A stretch of DNA of 64,000 bases. Source: an uncultured Bacteroidales bacterium (GTDB taxonomy: Bacteria > Bacteroidota > Bacteroidia > Bacteroidales > JALTDM01). This document shows, in pieces, positions 20,081 to 30,220 of this stretch. The notes beneath the pieces were generated by a model that worked only from the letters and a program-made list of their open reading frames with translations, had not been told where the DNA came from and ran no database searches. The stretch's first letter is position 1. The number at the start of each line of letters is the position of its first letter. The stretch is taken from NCBI GenBank assembly GCA_964421355.1, contig CAYQWX010000004.1, forward strand, positions 442 through 64,441, read 5' to 3'. Both the position numbers and the translations under genes were made by a program.

Positions 20081-21298
20081 ATGTTTGACACAGGAGTAAC
20101 CGCGTTTATGATTCTAAGCACAAGCTTAGTAATGTTAATGACGCCTGGTTTGGCTTTCTTTTATGGAGGGTTAGCCAGTAAACGAAACATTCTTGGAATA
20201 ATGATACAATCATTTGTATCATTAGGAATTACTACAGTTCTATGGGTTGCCGTAGGATACTCATTAAGTTTTAGTGGAGGAGAAGGAGGTATTATAGGCA
20301 ATTTAGATTGGGCTTTCTTGAAAGGAATACCTTTTGACCAAGCTTATCAGCCTGTTGGAGGACTTTATCCCACTTACATTTTTATTGCTTATCAGATGAT
20401 GTTTGCAATTATTACACCTGCACTCATCACCGGAGCATTTGTAAATAGGGTAACTTTTAAATCATACTTGGTATTTTTAGTACTTTGGCAATTATTTGTT
20501 TATTACCCATTCGTACACATGGTATGGGGAGGAGGACTACTTGCTAAATGGGGAGTTCTTGACTTTGCCGGAGGTATTGTAGTGCATGCTATTGCAGGAT
20601 TTGCCGCATTAGCTTCAGTATTTTATGTAGGGAAGCGACAAGATACCCAATCACCTCCAAACAGTATTCCATTGGTAGCTATAGGAACAGGTTTGTTGTG
20701 GTTTGGATGGTATGGTTTTAATGCAGGTAGTGAATTAAAAGTGGATGCTATTACAACTCTAGCATTTCTTAATACTGATGTTGCCGCATCTTTTGCTGCC
20801 GTTACCTGGTTAATAGTTGAATGGATAAAAGAAGGTAAACCTAAATATGTCGGTCTTTTAACAGGAGCAGTAGCAGGACTTGCAACTATTACACCCGCTG
20901 CAGGTTTTGTGCCATTGTGGGCTGCTATGATTATCGGGATATTAGCATCTTTAGGAACTTTCTATGCTGTACAACTTAAAAACAAATTAGGATGGGATGA
21001 TGCCCTTGATGTATGGGGAGTACACGGAATGGGAGGTGTAATAGGAACCATTCTGTTAGGAGTATTTGCTTCTGCAAGCATAAACGGTCAAGCAGGATTG
21101 ATAGAAGGTGATACATCTTTCTTCCTCAAGGAAACTATTGCCGTAATCGGTGCTGCCATTTATGCTTTTATATTTACATACATAATGTTAGCAGTTATTA
21201 ATAAATTTGTCAGAGTAAAAGTGTCAGAAGAAGAAGAAAGAGAAGGATTGGATATTGCAATTCATGGAGAAAAAGCTTACGACGAAGGAGCATTATAA
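20081..21298 (+). CDS. amtB: Ammonium transporter (Amt family)
   Basis: LMTPGLAFFYGGL, DFAGGIVVHAIAGFAAL and GVHGMGGVIGTILLG motifs. 405 aa. Confidence 0.9.
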   Translation: MFDTGVTAFMILSTSLVMLMTPGLAFFYGGLASKRNILGIMIQSFVSLGITTVLWVAVGYSLSFSGGEGGIIGNLDWAFLKGIPFDQAYQPVGGLYPTYIFIAYQMMFAIITPALITGAFVNRVTFKSYLVFLVLWQLFVYYPFVHMVWGGGLLAKWGVLDFAGGIVVHAIAGFAALASVFYVGKRQDTQSPPNSIPLVAIGTGLLWFGWYGFNAGSELKVDAITTLAFLNTDVAASFAAVTWLIVEWIKEGKPKYVGLLTGAVAGLATITPAAGFVPLWAAMIIGILASLGTFYAVQLKNKLGWDDALDVWGVHGMGGVIGTILLGVFASASINGQAGLIEGDTSFFLKETIAVIGAAIYAFIFTYIMLAVINKFVRVKVSEEEEREGLDIAIHGEKAYDEGAL

Positions 21299-21322
21299 TA
21301 TTCTTTATAACAAATAATAAAA

Positions 21323-21356
21323 AGAGGGTGCCCATTTAGTGGGTATCCTCTTTTTT
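21323..21356 (+). terminator. Rho-independent terminator after amt
   Basis: 12-bp stem agagggtgccca / tgggtatcctct (two G-U pairs) with a 5-nt loop, followed by a T6 run. Confidence 0.65.
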
Positions 21357-21414
21357 ATTTTATTGTAAATCATAGTAAAGATAAGCTATACACTCTCGTT
21401 TTACAAAAAACTTT

Positions 21415-21422
21415 TATATTTG
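21415..21422 (+). promoter_or_regulatory. -7 box candidate (TATATTTG)
   Basis: TAnnTTTG 20 nt upstream of the ATG at 21442. Confidence 0.4.
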
Positions 21423-21441
21423 CAAAAAAGAATTTATTCAA

Positions 21442-21867
21442 ATGAAAACGATATTTTTGTTCCCATTATTTTTATTATTGGCAACAACTTCTTTTTATGC
21501 ACAAAATAACAAAGTACAAACAATTGATTATGACAAATTGGAGGTAGATTGGAAAACCCTTTTGCTTGACGGCAAGCCTTATACAGGTAATGTTCAGAAA
21601 CTATATGATAACGGTCAAGTGGCAATAGAAGGTAGAGTTGTTAATGGATTAAGAGAGGGGGAATGGAAATGGTACTATTCTAATAAAAAACTCAAACGCA
21701 CATCTATATACAAAAAAGGAAAGAAAAACGGTAAAACGGTATATTATTATCCAAACGGTAAAAAACGTGCAGAAATGTACTTCTATGATGATAGAAATAT
21801 TCGCCAAATATCTTGGGACAAAAAAGGAAATAGAAAGCCTAATCCACAATTCAAGAAATTTCACTAA
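21442..21867 (+). CDS. MORN-variant repeat protein (YwqK-like)
   Basis: Signal peptide, then repeats of the G-x-W-x-x-Y-Y-x-N-G type (GEWKWYYSNKKLK, GKTVYYYPNGKK). Confidence 0.6.
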   Translation: MKTIFLFPLFLLLATTSFYAQNNKVQTIDYDKLEVDWKTLLLDGKPYTGNVQKLYDNGQVAIEGRVVNGLREGEWKWYYSNKKLKRTSIYKKGKKNGKTVYYYPNGKKRAEMYFYDDRNIRQISWDKKGNRKPNPQFKKFH

Positions 21868-21887
21868 TCTGTAAGCGTAATTCATTC

Positions 21888-24401
21888 ATGCACAAGAAGA
21901 TATACGTTTTTGTTTCGCTTCTTTATTTTGTATTATTCTCACTCAATGCGCAGCATCTAACTAAAATATACGGCAAAGTAACAGATGCAAAAACAGGTGA
22001 ACCAATACCTTTTGCCAATATAGTATTGAAAAATACTAATGTAGGAACAATATCCAATATTGACGGGAAATATAGTTTGGAAACAAAACAAAAATCCGAT
22101 AGTATAATTTGTGAAGTGGTAGGCTATAATAGGGTAGCAAAAAAAATAATGAATGGGAAATATCAAACTATAAACTTTGCTTTGGAACCTTCCGTAATAG
22201 CACTTCAGGCAGTAGTGGTAAAAACAAAACGAAGAAAAAAAACCGTAGCCTCAATGCTTGTAGATAGTATGCGTGCCCACCGCGAACAAAACGACAAAAA
22301 ATATTTATCTTCATATCAATATAATGTATATAATAAAGTAGAATTTGATATAAATAATATAACCGATAAATTTAGAAAAAAGAAGGTATTAAAACCTTTT
22401 CAGTTTATATTTAACTATACAGATACTTCTACAGTTAACGGTTCCGTATATCTTCCCGTAATGATTATTGAAACCTATTCCAAATTTTATTACCAAAAAT
22501 CACCTAAAATTAAAAAAGAAAAAATAATAGCATCAAAGATAGCAGGTGTTTCCAACGAAAGTATAAATCAATTTCTTGGCAACATGTACACAGATATAAA
22601 TGTATGGGACAGTTATGTGAAACTTTTTGATAAAGGATTTGTAAGTCCTATATCATTTATGGGAAAAGTTTATTACAAATATTTTATAATAGATAGTTTA
22701 AAACGAAATGATACAACATATTATCATATAGGATTTACTCCAAAACTTAAAGAGGATTATGTATTTAATGGTGATTTTTGGATACAAAATAAAACTTTTG
22801 CACTTACAGAAATTAATTTACAAGTAGGTTCACAAGTAAATCTAAATTTTGTAAATAATCTTAAAATAAATCAAAAATTCACCCGTGTCCAAAATCACAT
22901 GATGTTAAAAAAGGAATATTTGGTGGTTGACTTCAATATTGTAGAAGACCCTAAAAATGCAATGGGTTTTTTTGGTAAAAAAACAACAATATATACAAAC
23001 ATAAAAATCAACACCTCTCCTCCTGATTTTGTATATAAAAAATCTAATGATGTATATGTAGAAAAAAATGCAACACAAAGAGATTCTGCATATTGGGCAA
23101 AAATACGTCCTGAAAAATTATCAAAAAAAGAAGCAGGTATATACCACATGATAGATTCCATAAAAAGCATGCCTATTTTTAGAACATACTATGATATAAT
23201 AAACACTATTGTTAGTGGACATTATACTACAAAGTGGTTTGAATGGGGACCATATTCTAAGGTTACAAGTTACAATCCCATAGAGGGAGTAAGAATAATG
23301 ATAGGGGGTAGAACTAACGAGCAATTTTCAAAACATTTTAGAATAACTCCGTATTTAGCTTATGGATTTTATGACAAAAAAGTAAAAGGAGGTATTTCTT
23401 TTACTTACTACATAAACAAAATGCCTTGGAGAGAATTAGATTTTTCTTATCAAAATGACATGAAGCAACTTGGAGAAGGACGTTTTGGCACAATATTAGG
23501 CAACAATATATTGAAATCGGTGCTTACCCGAAGACCTATTGATAAATTATCCCTTGTAGAAACTTATGAAGCGGCATATACCTATGAATTTTCTCCCGGC
23601 ATATCTACCACCTTTATTCTAAATAATCAAAAACTTTATCCTGTGCCAGGTATCTCTTTTGATTTAAACTATGGTAACGAAACCAAACATTATTCTTTTT
23701 TGCAAACAACAGACTTCACTATACATTTGCATACTGCATACAAAGAAAAATTTGTTTTTGGCAAATTCAAAAGAATAAGTCTTGGGTCAAAGTACCCTTC
23801 ATTTGATTTTTATTTAACAAAAGGAGTTAAAAACTTTTTGAAAAGTAATTTCTCTTATTCCAAATTTCTTATAAAAGGTAAATACAAAGTGAAACTCTAT
23901 CCTTTTGGACATGGTAGAATATTTTCAGAATATGGTAAAATAATGGGTAAACTGCCATTCCCTTTACTTAAAATACACGAAGGAAACGAAACTTATTACT
24001 TGGACAAAAGTGCTTTTAATATGATGAACTATTATGAGTTTATTAGCGATGAATATCTTAGTATTTCATATTTTCATTATTTCGACGGATTGTTTTTGAA
24101 CAAAATACCTTTACTTAAAAAACTAAAATGGCGAACCACTGCTTATGGAAAATTTTTGTATGGCAAACTTTCTCCAAGAGATATAAATTTGTTGCCTTTG
24201 CCATCTTATTCTCATTACTTAAAATTATCAAATAAGGATTTATCTATTGTTCCTGATAAAAATTATTATTCGGAAGTAGGTCTGGGTATAGAAAATATAT
24301 TTAAATTTATAAGTGTAAATTTTGTATGGAGATTAACACAACTTAATAACCCTAATATTAGTAAATTTGGCATAAGATTTTATTTAGACCTTAAATTTTA
24401 A
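21888..24401 (+). CDS. Carboxypeptidase-regulatory-like domain plus large outer-membrane-like domain protein (DUF5686-like)
   Basis: After the signal peptide comes IYGKVTDAKTGEPIPFANIVLKNTNVGTISNIDGKYSL (CarboxypepD_reg-like). The remainder of the 837 aa is beta-rich and ends in F. Confidence 0.65.
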   Translation: MHKKIYVFVSLLYFVLFSLNAQHLTKIYGKVTDAKTGEPIPFANIVLKNTNVGTISNIDGKYSLETKQKSDSIICEVVGYNRVAKKIMNGKYQTINFALEPSVIALQAVVVKTKRRKKTVASMLVDSMRAHREQNDKKYLSSYQYNVYNKVEFDINNITDKFRKKKVLKPFQFIFNYTDTSTVNGSVYLPVMIIETYSKFYYQKSPKIKKEKIIASKIAGVSNESINQFLGNMYTDINVWDSYVKLFDKGFVSPISFMGKVYYKYFIIDSLKRNDTTYYHIGFTPKLKEDYVFNGDFWIQNKTFALTEINLQVGSQVNLNFVNNLKINQKFTRVQNHMMLKKEYLVVDFNIVEDPKNAMGFFGKKTTIYTNIKINTSPPDFVYKKSNDVYVEKNATQRDSAYWAKIRPEKLSKKEAGIYHMIDSIKSMPIFRTYYDIINTIVSGHYTTKWFEWGPYSKVTSYNPIEGVRIMIGGRTNEQFSKHFRITPYLAYGFYDKKVKGGISFTYYINKMPWRELDFSYQNDMKQLGEGRFGTILGNNILKSVLTRRPIDKLSLVETYEAAYTYEFSPGISTTFILNNQKLYPVPGISFDLNYGNETKHYSFLQTTDFTIHLHTAYKEKFVFGKFKRISLGSKYPSFDFYLTKGVKNFLKSNFSYSKFLIKGKYKVKLYPFGHGRIFSEYGKIMGKLPFPLLKIHEGNETYYLDKSAFNMMNYYEFISDEYLSISYFHYFDGLFLNKIPLLKKLKWRTTAYGKFLYGKLSPRDINLLPLPSYSHYLKLSNKDLSIVPDKNYYSEVGLGIENIFKFISVNFVWRLTQLNNPNISKFGIRFYLDLKF

Positions 24402-24408
24402 AAACATT

Positions 24409-24927
24409 ATGAAACAATCATTAAAAATTTTATTCGCAATCTTAATAATCACTTCGATAACAAACGGATGTAGCAACAATAAAGATAATGAAACTCTTTT
24501 TACCACAGTATTTAAAACTATCAAAGGAGATGTAAGAGGAATCAATCTAAATTCTACAATAAATGAAGTAAAAGAAAAAGAAGGGTTAAAGCCCGATTCT
24601 ATATCAGACAATTACTTACATTACACAATAAAAAAGAATGATAAAAATACAATAATAGACATTGCATATAATTTTGATAAAAACGGTTTGTATTCTGCTG
24701 ATATAGTTATAAAAACGGATTCTTTGTCAGCCATAGATACCTTGCAAACAAAAACTATAAAATTGTTTACAAAAAAATACGGTGCACCAATAAAATTAGC
24801 ACCACAAATATATTTATGGAACTACACTTCTCCTTCAGGAGCATCCGCATCAGCACAATTGATAAACAATTCCAACATAGAAAACAAAGGAGCTTTGGAA
24901 ATAATAGTTCAAACAGAAGTAGAATAA
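24409..24927 (+). CDS. Hypothetical lipoprotein
   Basis: Lipobox ITSITNGC after a signal sequence. No other motifs. Confidence 0.5.
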   Translation: MKQSLKILFAILIITSITNGCSNNKDNETLFTTVFKTIKGDVRGINLNSTINEVKEKEGLKPDSISDNYLHYTIKKNDKNTIIDIAYNFDKNGLYSADIVIKTDSLSAIDTLQTKTIKLFTKKYGAPIKLAPQIYLWNYTSPSGASASAQLINNSNIENKGALEIIVQTEVE

Positions 24928-24936
24928 CATTATTAT

Positions 24937-25599
24937 ATGGCAACAACAATACTAATAGTAGATGACGAAGAAGATATTCGTACTTTTTTAGATTTTAATC
25001 TAAAACATGCAGGATACAATACAATAAATGCTGCTGATGGCAAAGAAGCTATCGAAAAAATAAAAAAACACAAACCTGATTTAGTACTATTAGATATAAT
25101 GCTACCTGAAATAGATGGACTGGAACTTTGCAAACTAATAAAAAACACCTCAGGATTATCTGAAACAATAATTATTGCACTTACAGCACTTACCCAAGAT
25201 GAAGTACAAATAAACGCTTTGGAATATGGATGTGATGATTTTGTGAACAAACCGATAAAACTCAAAGTATTACTTGCACGCATACAAAACAAACTCAAAA
25301 AAAAGACAAATGAAGTCACCACGTCTTTATTTACATTAGATTTGGATAACCTGATAATAAAATTCCCGAACGGAAAAACTATACAATTACCAAAAAAAGA
25401 ATTTGAGTTGCTGTTATTATTGCTTAAAAACAAAAACAAAGTAATAAAAAGAGAAGATATATTTCAAAAAATATGGGGCAAAGAAGAAATAATAGTTTCC
25501 GACAGGACTATAGATGTATATGTCCGCAAATTAAGACAAAAAATAGGAGAAAGCCATATCAAAACCGTAAAAGGCGTAGGTTATAAATTTGAAGAATAA
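24937..25599 (+). CDS. OmpR-family response regulator (receiver plus winged-helix DNA-binding)
   Basis: DDEEDI acidic pocket, phospho-acceptor context LVLLDIMLP, and the output domain RTIDVYVRKLRQKIG...GVGYKF. Confidence 0.85.
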   Translation: MATTILIVDDEEDIRTFLDFNLKHAGYNTINAADGKEAIEKIKKHKPDLVLLDIMLPEIDGLELCKLIKNTSGLSETIIIALTALTQDEVQINALEYGCDDFVNKPIKLKVLLARIQNKLKKKTNEVTTSLFTLDLDNLIIKFPNGKTIQLPKKEFELLLLLLKNKNKVIKREDIFQKIWGKEEIIVSDRTIDVYVRKLRQKIGESHIKTVKGVGYKFEE

Positions 25600-26486
25600 T
25601 GATTTTTCCACAACCCAAAACCATAGGAGGACATTTTACAAGATTATTTTTTTTAATAACTATCTCCTTTATTTTTGCACAAGGTTTTGCCATCTTATTT
25701 TCATATATATACCTTAGTAATCCTACTGCATTACAAAATATGTTATTGTTAGCCAAACAACATCCTAACTTTGTAAAGACATTACAACTAATAAACTCAA
25801 TAATGATATTCGGAGTACCTGCCGTATTATTCCCGTATTTGATAAACAAAACTCCATCAGACTATCTCAAAATAAGAAACAATTTACCACTATCATCTAT
25901 AATAATAGCTTTTTCTGTAATTATTGTATCCATACCTTTCGTTAATTATCTTGCAACATTCAATTCTCAGTTACCATTGCCACAATCATTAAAAATATCG
26001 GAAGCATCTACTGAACAACTAATCAAAACATTACTTAAAACAAATAATTTTGGAACATATTTATTCAACATACTGGTAATAGCTCTCGTACCAGCAATAG
26101 TAGAAGAATTTATGTTTAGAGGTGTCCTCCAACAACTCTTTTTCAAATGGCTAAAAAACATTCATATTGCAATATTTTTTGCTGCATTTGTTTTTAGTTT
26201 TATTCATTTTCAATTTATGACTTTTTTACCTCGTTTATTTTTAGGACTTATTTTAGGATATTTATTTTATTGGAGCAAAAATATACTGACTTCTATCACT
26301 GCACATTTTTTTAATAATGCAATAGGAGTATCAGTAGTTTATTTTATGTCAAGTCAAGCAGCAGATAAAGTAAATAAAATAGGTGCGGAAGTTGATACTA
26401 TTTCCATTTTGATTAATATCTTTATTGTTATACTGGTGCTAATAGCAAGTAAAAAATACTTTGAATCAAAAAAATATAAATATTAA
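25599..26486 (+). CDS. CPBP (CAAX-type) intramembrane glutamic protease family protein
   Basis: EEFMFRGVLQ motif, a later FSFIHF and ITAHFFNN. The protein is multi-TM. Its ATG shares one base with the response regulator TAA. Confidence 0.75.
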   Translation: MIFPQPKTIGGHFTRLFFLITISFIFAQGFAILFSYIYLSNPTALQNMLLLAKQHPNFVKTLQLINSIMIFGVPAVLFPYLINKTPSDYLKIRNNLPLSSIIIAFSVIIVSIPFVNYLATFNSQLPLPQSLKISEASTEQLIKTLLKTNNFGTYLFNILVIALVPAIVEEFMFRGVLQQLFFKWLKNIHIAIFFAAFVFSFIHFQFMTFLPRLFLGLILGYLFYWSKNILTSITAHFFNNAIGVSVVYFMSSQAADKVNKIGAEVDTISILINIFIVILVLIASKKYFESKKYKY

Positions 26487-26488
26487 AA

Positions 26489-28027
26489 ATGCTTGTTAAA
26501 ACTTATGGTGCTGCAGTAATAGGAATAGATGCCACACTTATTACGGTAGAAGTAAATATAACCCAAGGAATAAATTTTTATTTAGTAGGACTTCCTGACA
26601 ATGCGGTAAAAGAAAGTCAGCAACGAATAGACTCTGCCCTCAAAACAAATAACTACAAAATTCCTAAAAAGAAAATAGTAATAAATATGGCTCCTGCTGA
26701 CATACGCAAAGAAGGTTCTGCTTACGACTTAACTCTTGCAATAGGAATTTTAGGTGCAGCAGGCGAAATACCTGAAGAAAAACTATCCGAATACATGATA
26801 ATGGGTGAATTATCATTAGATGGTAGTATTAAGCCAATAAAAGGAGCTTTGTCAATAGCAATAGAAGCACGCAACCATGGATTTAAAGGATTTATTGTAC
26901 CTATTGAAAATGTAAATGAGGCAGCAGTGGTAAACAATCTTGAAGTATATGGAGTATCTCATATAACGGAAGTGGTTGATTTTTTAAGAGAAGTAAAGCC
27001 ACTTGCTCCGTATAAAATAAATACCCGTGAATTATTTTATCAAAATTTGAATAATTATCCTCTTGATTTTTCAGATGTAAAGGGTCAGGAAAATGTAAAA
27101 AGAGCAATGGAAGTTGCTGCTGCTGGAGGACATAATATAATAATGATAGGTTCACCTGGGTCAGGAAAAACAATGCTCGCCCGTAGAATGCCAACAATAT
27201 TACCTCCCTTGTCTCTGGCAGAAGCTTTAGAAACAACTAAAATTCATTCGGTTGCAGGAAAAGTAAACAAAGGCATATCATTAATGACCGAACGGCCTTT
27301 TCGCTCTCCACACCATACTATATCGGATGTAGCATTGATTGGAGGAGGCACTCATCCTCAACCGGGAGAAGTTTCCTTGGCACACAATGGGATATTATTC
27401 TTAGATGAACTCCCCGAATTCAAAAGAAATGTTTTGGAAGTATTACGACAACCGTTAGAAGATAAATACATTACAATAGCCCGTTCAAGATATACAGTGC
27501 AATATCCCGCCAACTTTATGTTAGTTGCTGCTATGAACCCTTGTCCATGCGGATATTATAATCATCCTGAAAAAGATTGTGTATGCTCAATAGGACAAAT
27601 ACAACGCTACCTTAATAAAATATCAGGACCATTGTTAGACAGAATAGACATACATCTGGAAGTAATTCCCGTATCATTTGAAAAATTAAGTTCTAACACT
27701 CCGGGAGAAAATAGCAAAACAATAAGAGAACGTGTAATCTCTGCCAGACTAATACAACAAGAACGTTTCAAAACATATCCTGGTATTCATACAAATTCAC
27801 AAATGACACCTAAACTAATCAGAGAATATTGCAGATTGGACAAAGAAAGCAATACATTATTAAAAACAGCAATAGATAAATTTGGATTATCGGGACGGGC
27901 TTACGACAGAATATTAAAGGTTTCCCGCACAATAGCAGACATGGACAATAGTACAAATATTAAATCTATGCATATTGCCGAAGCCATAGGTTACCGAACA
28001 TTAGACAAAAAAGGTTGGCTCGGATAA
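26489..28027 (+). CDS. comM: YifB/ComM Mg-chelatase-like AAA+ ATPase
   Basis: N-terminal Lon-like domain, Walker A GSPGSGKT, ILFLDELPEF and a C-terminal ChlI-like region. 512 aa. Confidence 0.9.
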   Translation: MLVKTYGAAVIGIDATLITVEVNITQGINFYLVGLPDNAVKESQQRIDSALKTNNYKIPKKKIVINMAPADIRKEGSAYDLTLAIGILGAAGEIPEEKLSEYMIMGELSLDGSIKPIKGALSIAIEARNHGFKGFIVPIENVNEAAVVNNLEVYGVSHITEVVDFLREVKPLAPYKINTRELFYQNLNNYPLDFSDVKGQENVKRAMEVAAAGGHNIIMIGSPGSGKTMLARRMPTILPPLSLAEALETTKIHSVAGKVNKGISLMTERPFRSPHHTISDVALIGGGTHPQPGEVSLAHNGILFLDELPEFKRNVLEVLRQPLEDKYITIARSRYTVQYPANFMLVAAMNPCPCGYYNHPEKDCVCSIGQIQRYLNKISGPLLDRIDIHLEVIPVSFEKLSSNTPGENSKTIRERVISARLIQQERFKTYPGIHTNSQMTPKLIREYCRLDKESNTLLKTAIDKFGLSGRAYDRILKVSRTIADMDNSTNIKSMHIAEAIGYRTLDKKGWLG

Positions 28028-28084
28028 AAATGTTTACATAACAATACGCAACCAAAACAATAAAAAGCAGTATTATTGCATAAA

Positions 28085-28427
28085 GGAAGTAGTAAGCCGT
28101 TCCATCGCTCTTGATTTTTCACAATCAAGGGAGGAAAGTCCGGACAGCGAAGGGAACCGCACTTCCGAAACGGGAGTTGTCTGTGAAGGCAAGTACCGGC
28201 AACAGAAAACAACCGCCTGCCACAAGCAGGTAAGGGTGAAAAGGTGGGGTAAGAGCCTACCAGCATTATCGGTAACGGTAGTGGCTGTGCCGGCTGCGGG
28301 CTGCAAGACCAAGTAAACTTGCGTCATCAGGGTGTCCCGCCCGAGCAAGAGGGTAGGTCGCATTAGACAAATGATGGAACTTTGCCTATGGCAAAGACAA
28401 AATCCGGCTTATAGGTTTACTACTTCC
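28085..28427 (+). ncRNA. rnpB: RNase P RNA, bacterial type A
   Basis: A GC-rich island in AT-rich DNA. It carries the universally conserved GGAGGAAAGTCCGGAC (P4 5' strand) and ACAAAATCCGGCTTATAG (P4 3' strand). Terminal helix P1 is GGAAGTAGTAA...TTACTACTTCC. Confidence 0.9.
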
Positions 28428-28435
28428 TTTTTTTA

Positions 28436-28443
28436 TACATTTG
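28436..28443 (+). promoter_or_regulatory. -7 box candidate (TACATTTG)
   Basis: TAnnTTTG 17 nt upstream of the ATG at 28460. Confidence 0.4.
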
Positions 28444-28459
28444 CAAAAAAGTTTTTTTC

Positions 28460-29050
28460 ATGAAACGGAAATTATTATTACTTACTATACTTTTTGCAGG
28501 ATTAGTACAAATTTCATTCGCTCAATTATTAGATGACAGTACTCAAGTAAAATTTTTCTTTTTTGGAGGAGCTGAATATATGCCTTCAAATAAGTATGAC
28601 AATTTATCATTTCTTGAAATTGCAGGAGGGCTAAACATACAAGGAGTAGAAATAATAGGTAAAGGTAGAAGCATGATATCAAAAACAAACTATTCTAATG
28701 ATACAATACCTTCCTCACAAATAAATATTACTTATGGGTCTATTGGGGTTGGATATATTTTTATGGATGAAAAGAAAATAAGTCCATTTTTACAAGGAGG
28801 TTTTTCAATAGGTAATATTTCGTTGTCAAAAGAAGAAACATACAGTGGCAACACTTATATAAGTACTATAAAAAGTGATGAAATATCAGAATTGTATCTG
28901 GAAGGTGGTATAGATATAAGTATTAATTGGTGGTTAGAAGTAAGGATAGGTGCTCGCTACAATACGGTGTACGGATTGGAATTGTTAGATTTACAAGCTA
29001 AAGATTTTTCAGGTATATCTGGATGGGGTGGCTTAAAATTTAATTTTTAA
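28460..29050 (+). CDS. Small outer-membrane beta-barrel protein (hypothetical)
   Basis: Signal peptide ending SFAQ, alternating hydrophobic strands and the C-terminal sequence GWGGLKFNF. Confidence 0.5.
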   Translation: MKRKLLLLTILFAGLVQISFAQLLDDSTQVKFFFFGGAEYMPSNKYDNLSFLEIAGGLNIQGVEIIGKGRSMISKTNYSNDTIPSSQINITYGSIGVGYIFMDEKKISPFLQGGFSIGNISLSKEETYSGNTYISTIKSDEISELYLEGGIDISINWWLEVRIGARYNTVYGLELLDLQAKDFSGISGWGGLKFNF

Positions 29051-29055
29051 CATAA

Positions 29056-30201
29056 GTGGATACTTTCACGGTAATATTATTTTTTGTCTTTTTATTTCTT
29101 CTTGGATTTCGCTTTTTTATATTTTACAAAAGTTTTTTTCTTTTAAAAAAAATAAAATACACCTCACTTAATCCGTATTATCCAACAAGTTTTCCTGATG
29201 TAAGCATAATAATTCCTGCTCGCAATGAAATACAAAATTTAAGAAAACATTTACCATTTGTACTTGAGCAATATTATAGAGGTAAATTTGAAGTAATTGT
29301 AATATTAGATTCTTGCACGGATAATAGTAAGGCTCTGATTTTAGATTTGTCTGCAAAATATCCTATCTTGAAATTTACGGAAGTGTTTCAGAATAAACGT
29401 TTTGACAAACATAAAAAAATGGCTATCCTTCTTGGAGTAAAAGCAGCAAATTATGACAATTTATTATTTATAGATGCTGATTGCCAGCCAAATAGTAAAA
29501 GGTGGTTGGAGTCTATGGCAAATATGTTTGTTTCTAAAGATTTGATACTTGGATACGGTGGTTTCTTCAAAGAAAAAACATTTGTAAATATTGCTCAAAG
29601 GTTTGATACTATATACAATACCGTCTTATATATGTCAATGGCAATAAGCGGTAATCCTTATATGGCAGTAGGGCGTAATATAGGATATAAAAAAAGACTA
29701 TTTTATCAAGTTGGAGGGTTCAAGAACCATTACCATATTGCATCGGGCAATGATGATTTATTTGTAAAAGATGTGGCAAAAATAGCCAAAACAGAAATAA
29801 ATGTTCATCCTCATTCATTTGTTTATACAGAAGGGGTAAAATCTTTTAGGGAATGGTTTCACCAAAAAAGGAGACATGTTTCGGTTTCCCACATGTATGA
29901 ATTAAAGAATAAAATTTTTCTTTCATTAGATGCTTTTTCACGAATATTATTTTTACCTGTCTTTATAATTCTTTTAATATTTTTATGCGGATGCTGTAAC
30001 AATGAATTGAAAATAGTTGTATTTTTAGGCTTTATGAAATTATTGGGAGATATTGTTATACTTTATCCTATCTTTAAACATTTTGATGAAAAAAAATTAT
30101 TTTTCACATCTGCTTTTATGAATATCTTTTTACCTGTATTTACCAGTAGTGCTATGATTTATAATAAATTATTCAAATATAAAGGACAAAGGTGGTTATA
30201 A
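29056..30201 (+). CDS. Family 2 glycosyltransferase with N- and C-terminal TM segments (GTG start)
   Basis: VSIIIPARNE, FIDADC (DxD) and QxRRH-like WFHQKRRH motifs. Confidence 0.75.
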   Translation: MDTFTVILFFVFLFLLGFRFFIFYKSFFLLKKIKYTSLNPYYPTSFPDVSIIIPARNEIQNLRKHLPFVLEQYYRGKFEVIVILDSCTDNSKALILDLSAKYPILKFTEVFQNKRFDKHKKMAILLGVKAANYDNLLFIDADCQPNSKRWLESMANMFVSKDLILGYGGFFKEKTFVNIAQRFDTIYNTVLYMSMAISGNPYMAVGRNIGYKKRLFYQVGGFKNHYHIASGNDDLFVKDVAKIAKTEINVHPHSFVYTEGVKSFREWFHQKRRHVSVSHMYELKNKIFLSLDAFSRILFLPVFIILLIFLCGCCNNELKIVVFLGFMKLLGDIVILYPIFKHFDEKKLFFTSAFMNIFLPVFTSSAMIYNKLFKYKGQRWL

Positions 30202-30220
30202 ATAATCTTTGAATAAAATA

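Noticed and set aside
21442-21867. YwqK-like 'antitoxin' annotation suggesting a toxin-antitoxin module
   Set aside because: The protein has a signal peptide and MORN-type repeats, and no toxin-like partner is adjacent. The family name is historical, and I see no TA system.
24933-25439. 168-aa Ser-rich ORF antisense to the response regulator. Similar long antisense ORFs occur at 2518-2940, 5405-5803, 15242-15586, 47805-48179, 48780-49184, 53858-54220 and 61830-62231.
   Set aside because: The sense genes are rich in AAA/GAA/AAT-type codons, whose complements contain no stops. The translations are low-complexity, lack motifs and fully overlap well-supported genes.
27991-28363. Two minus-strand ORFs (27991-28266, 28073-28363) with unusual Cys/Arg/Pro-rich translations
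   Set aside because: They lie antisense over the GC-rich RNase P RNA gene. The open frames come from the GC-rich structured RNA, not from coding.
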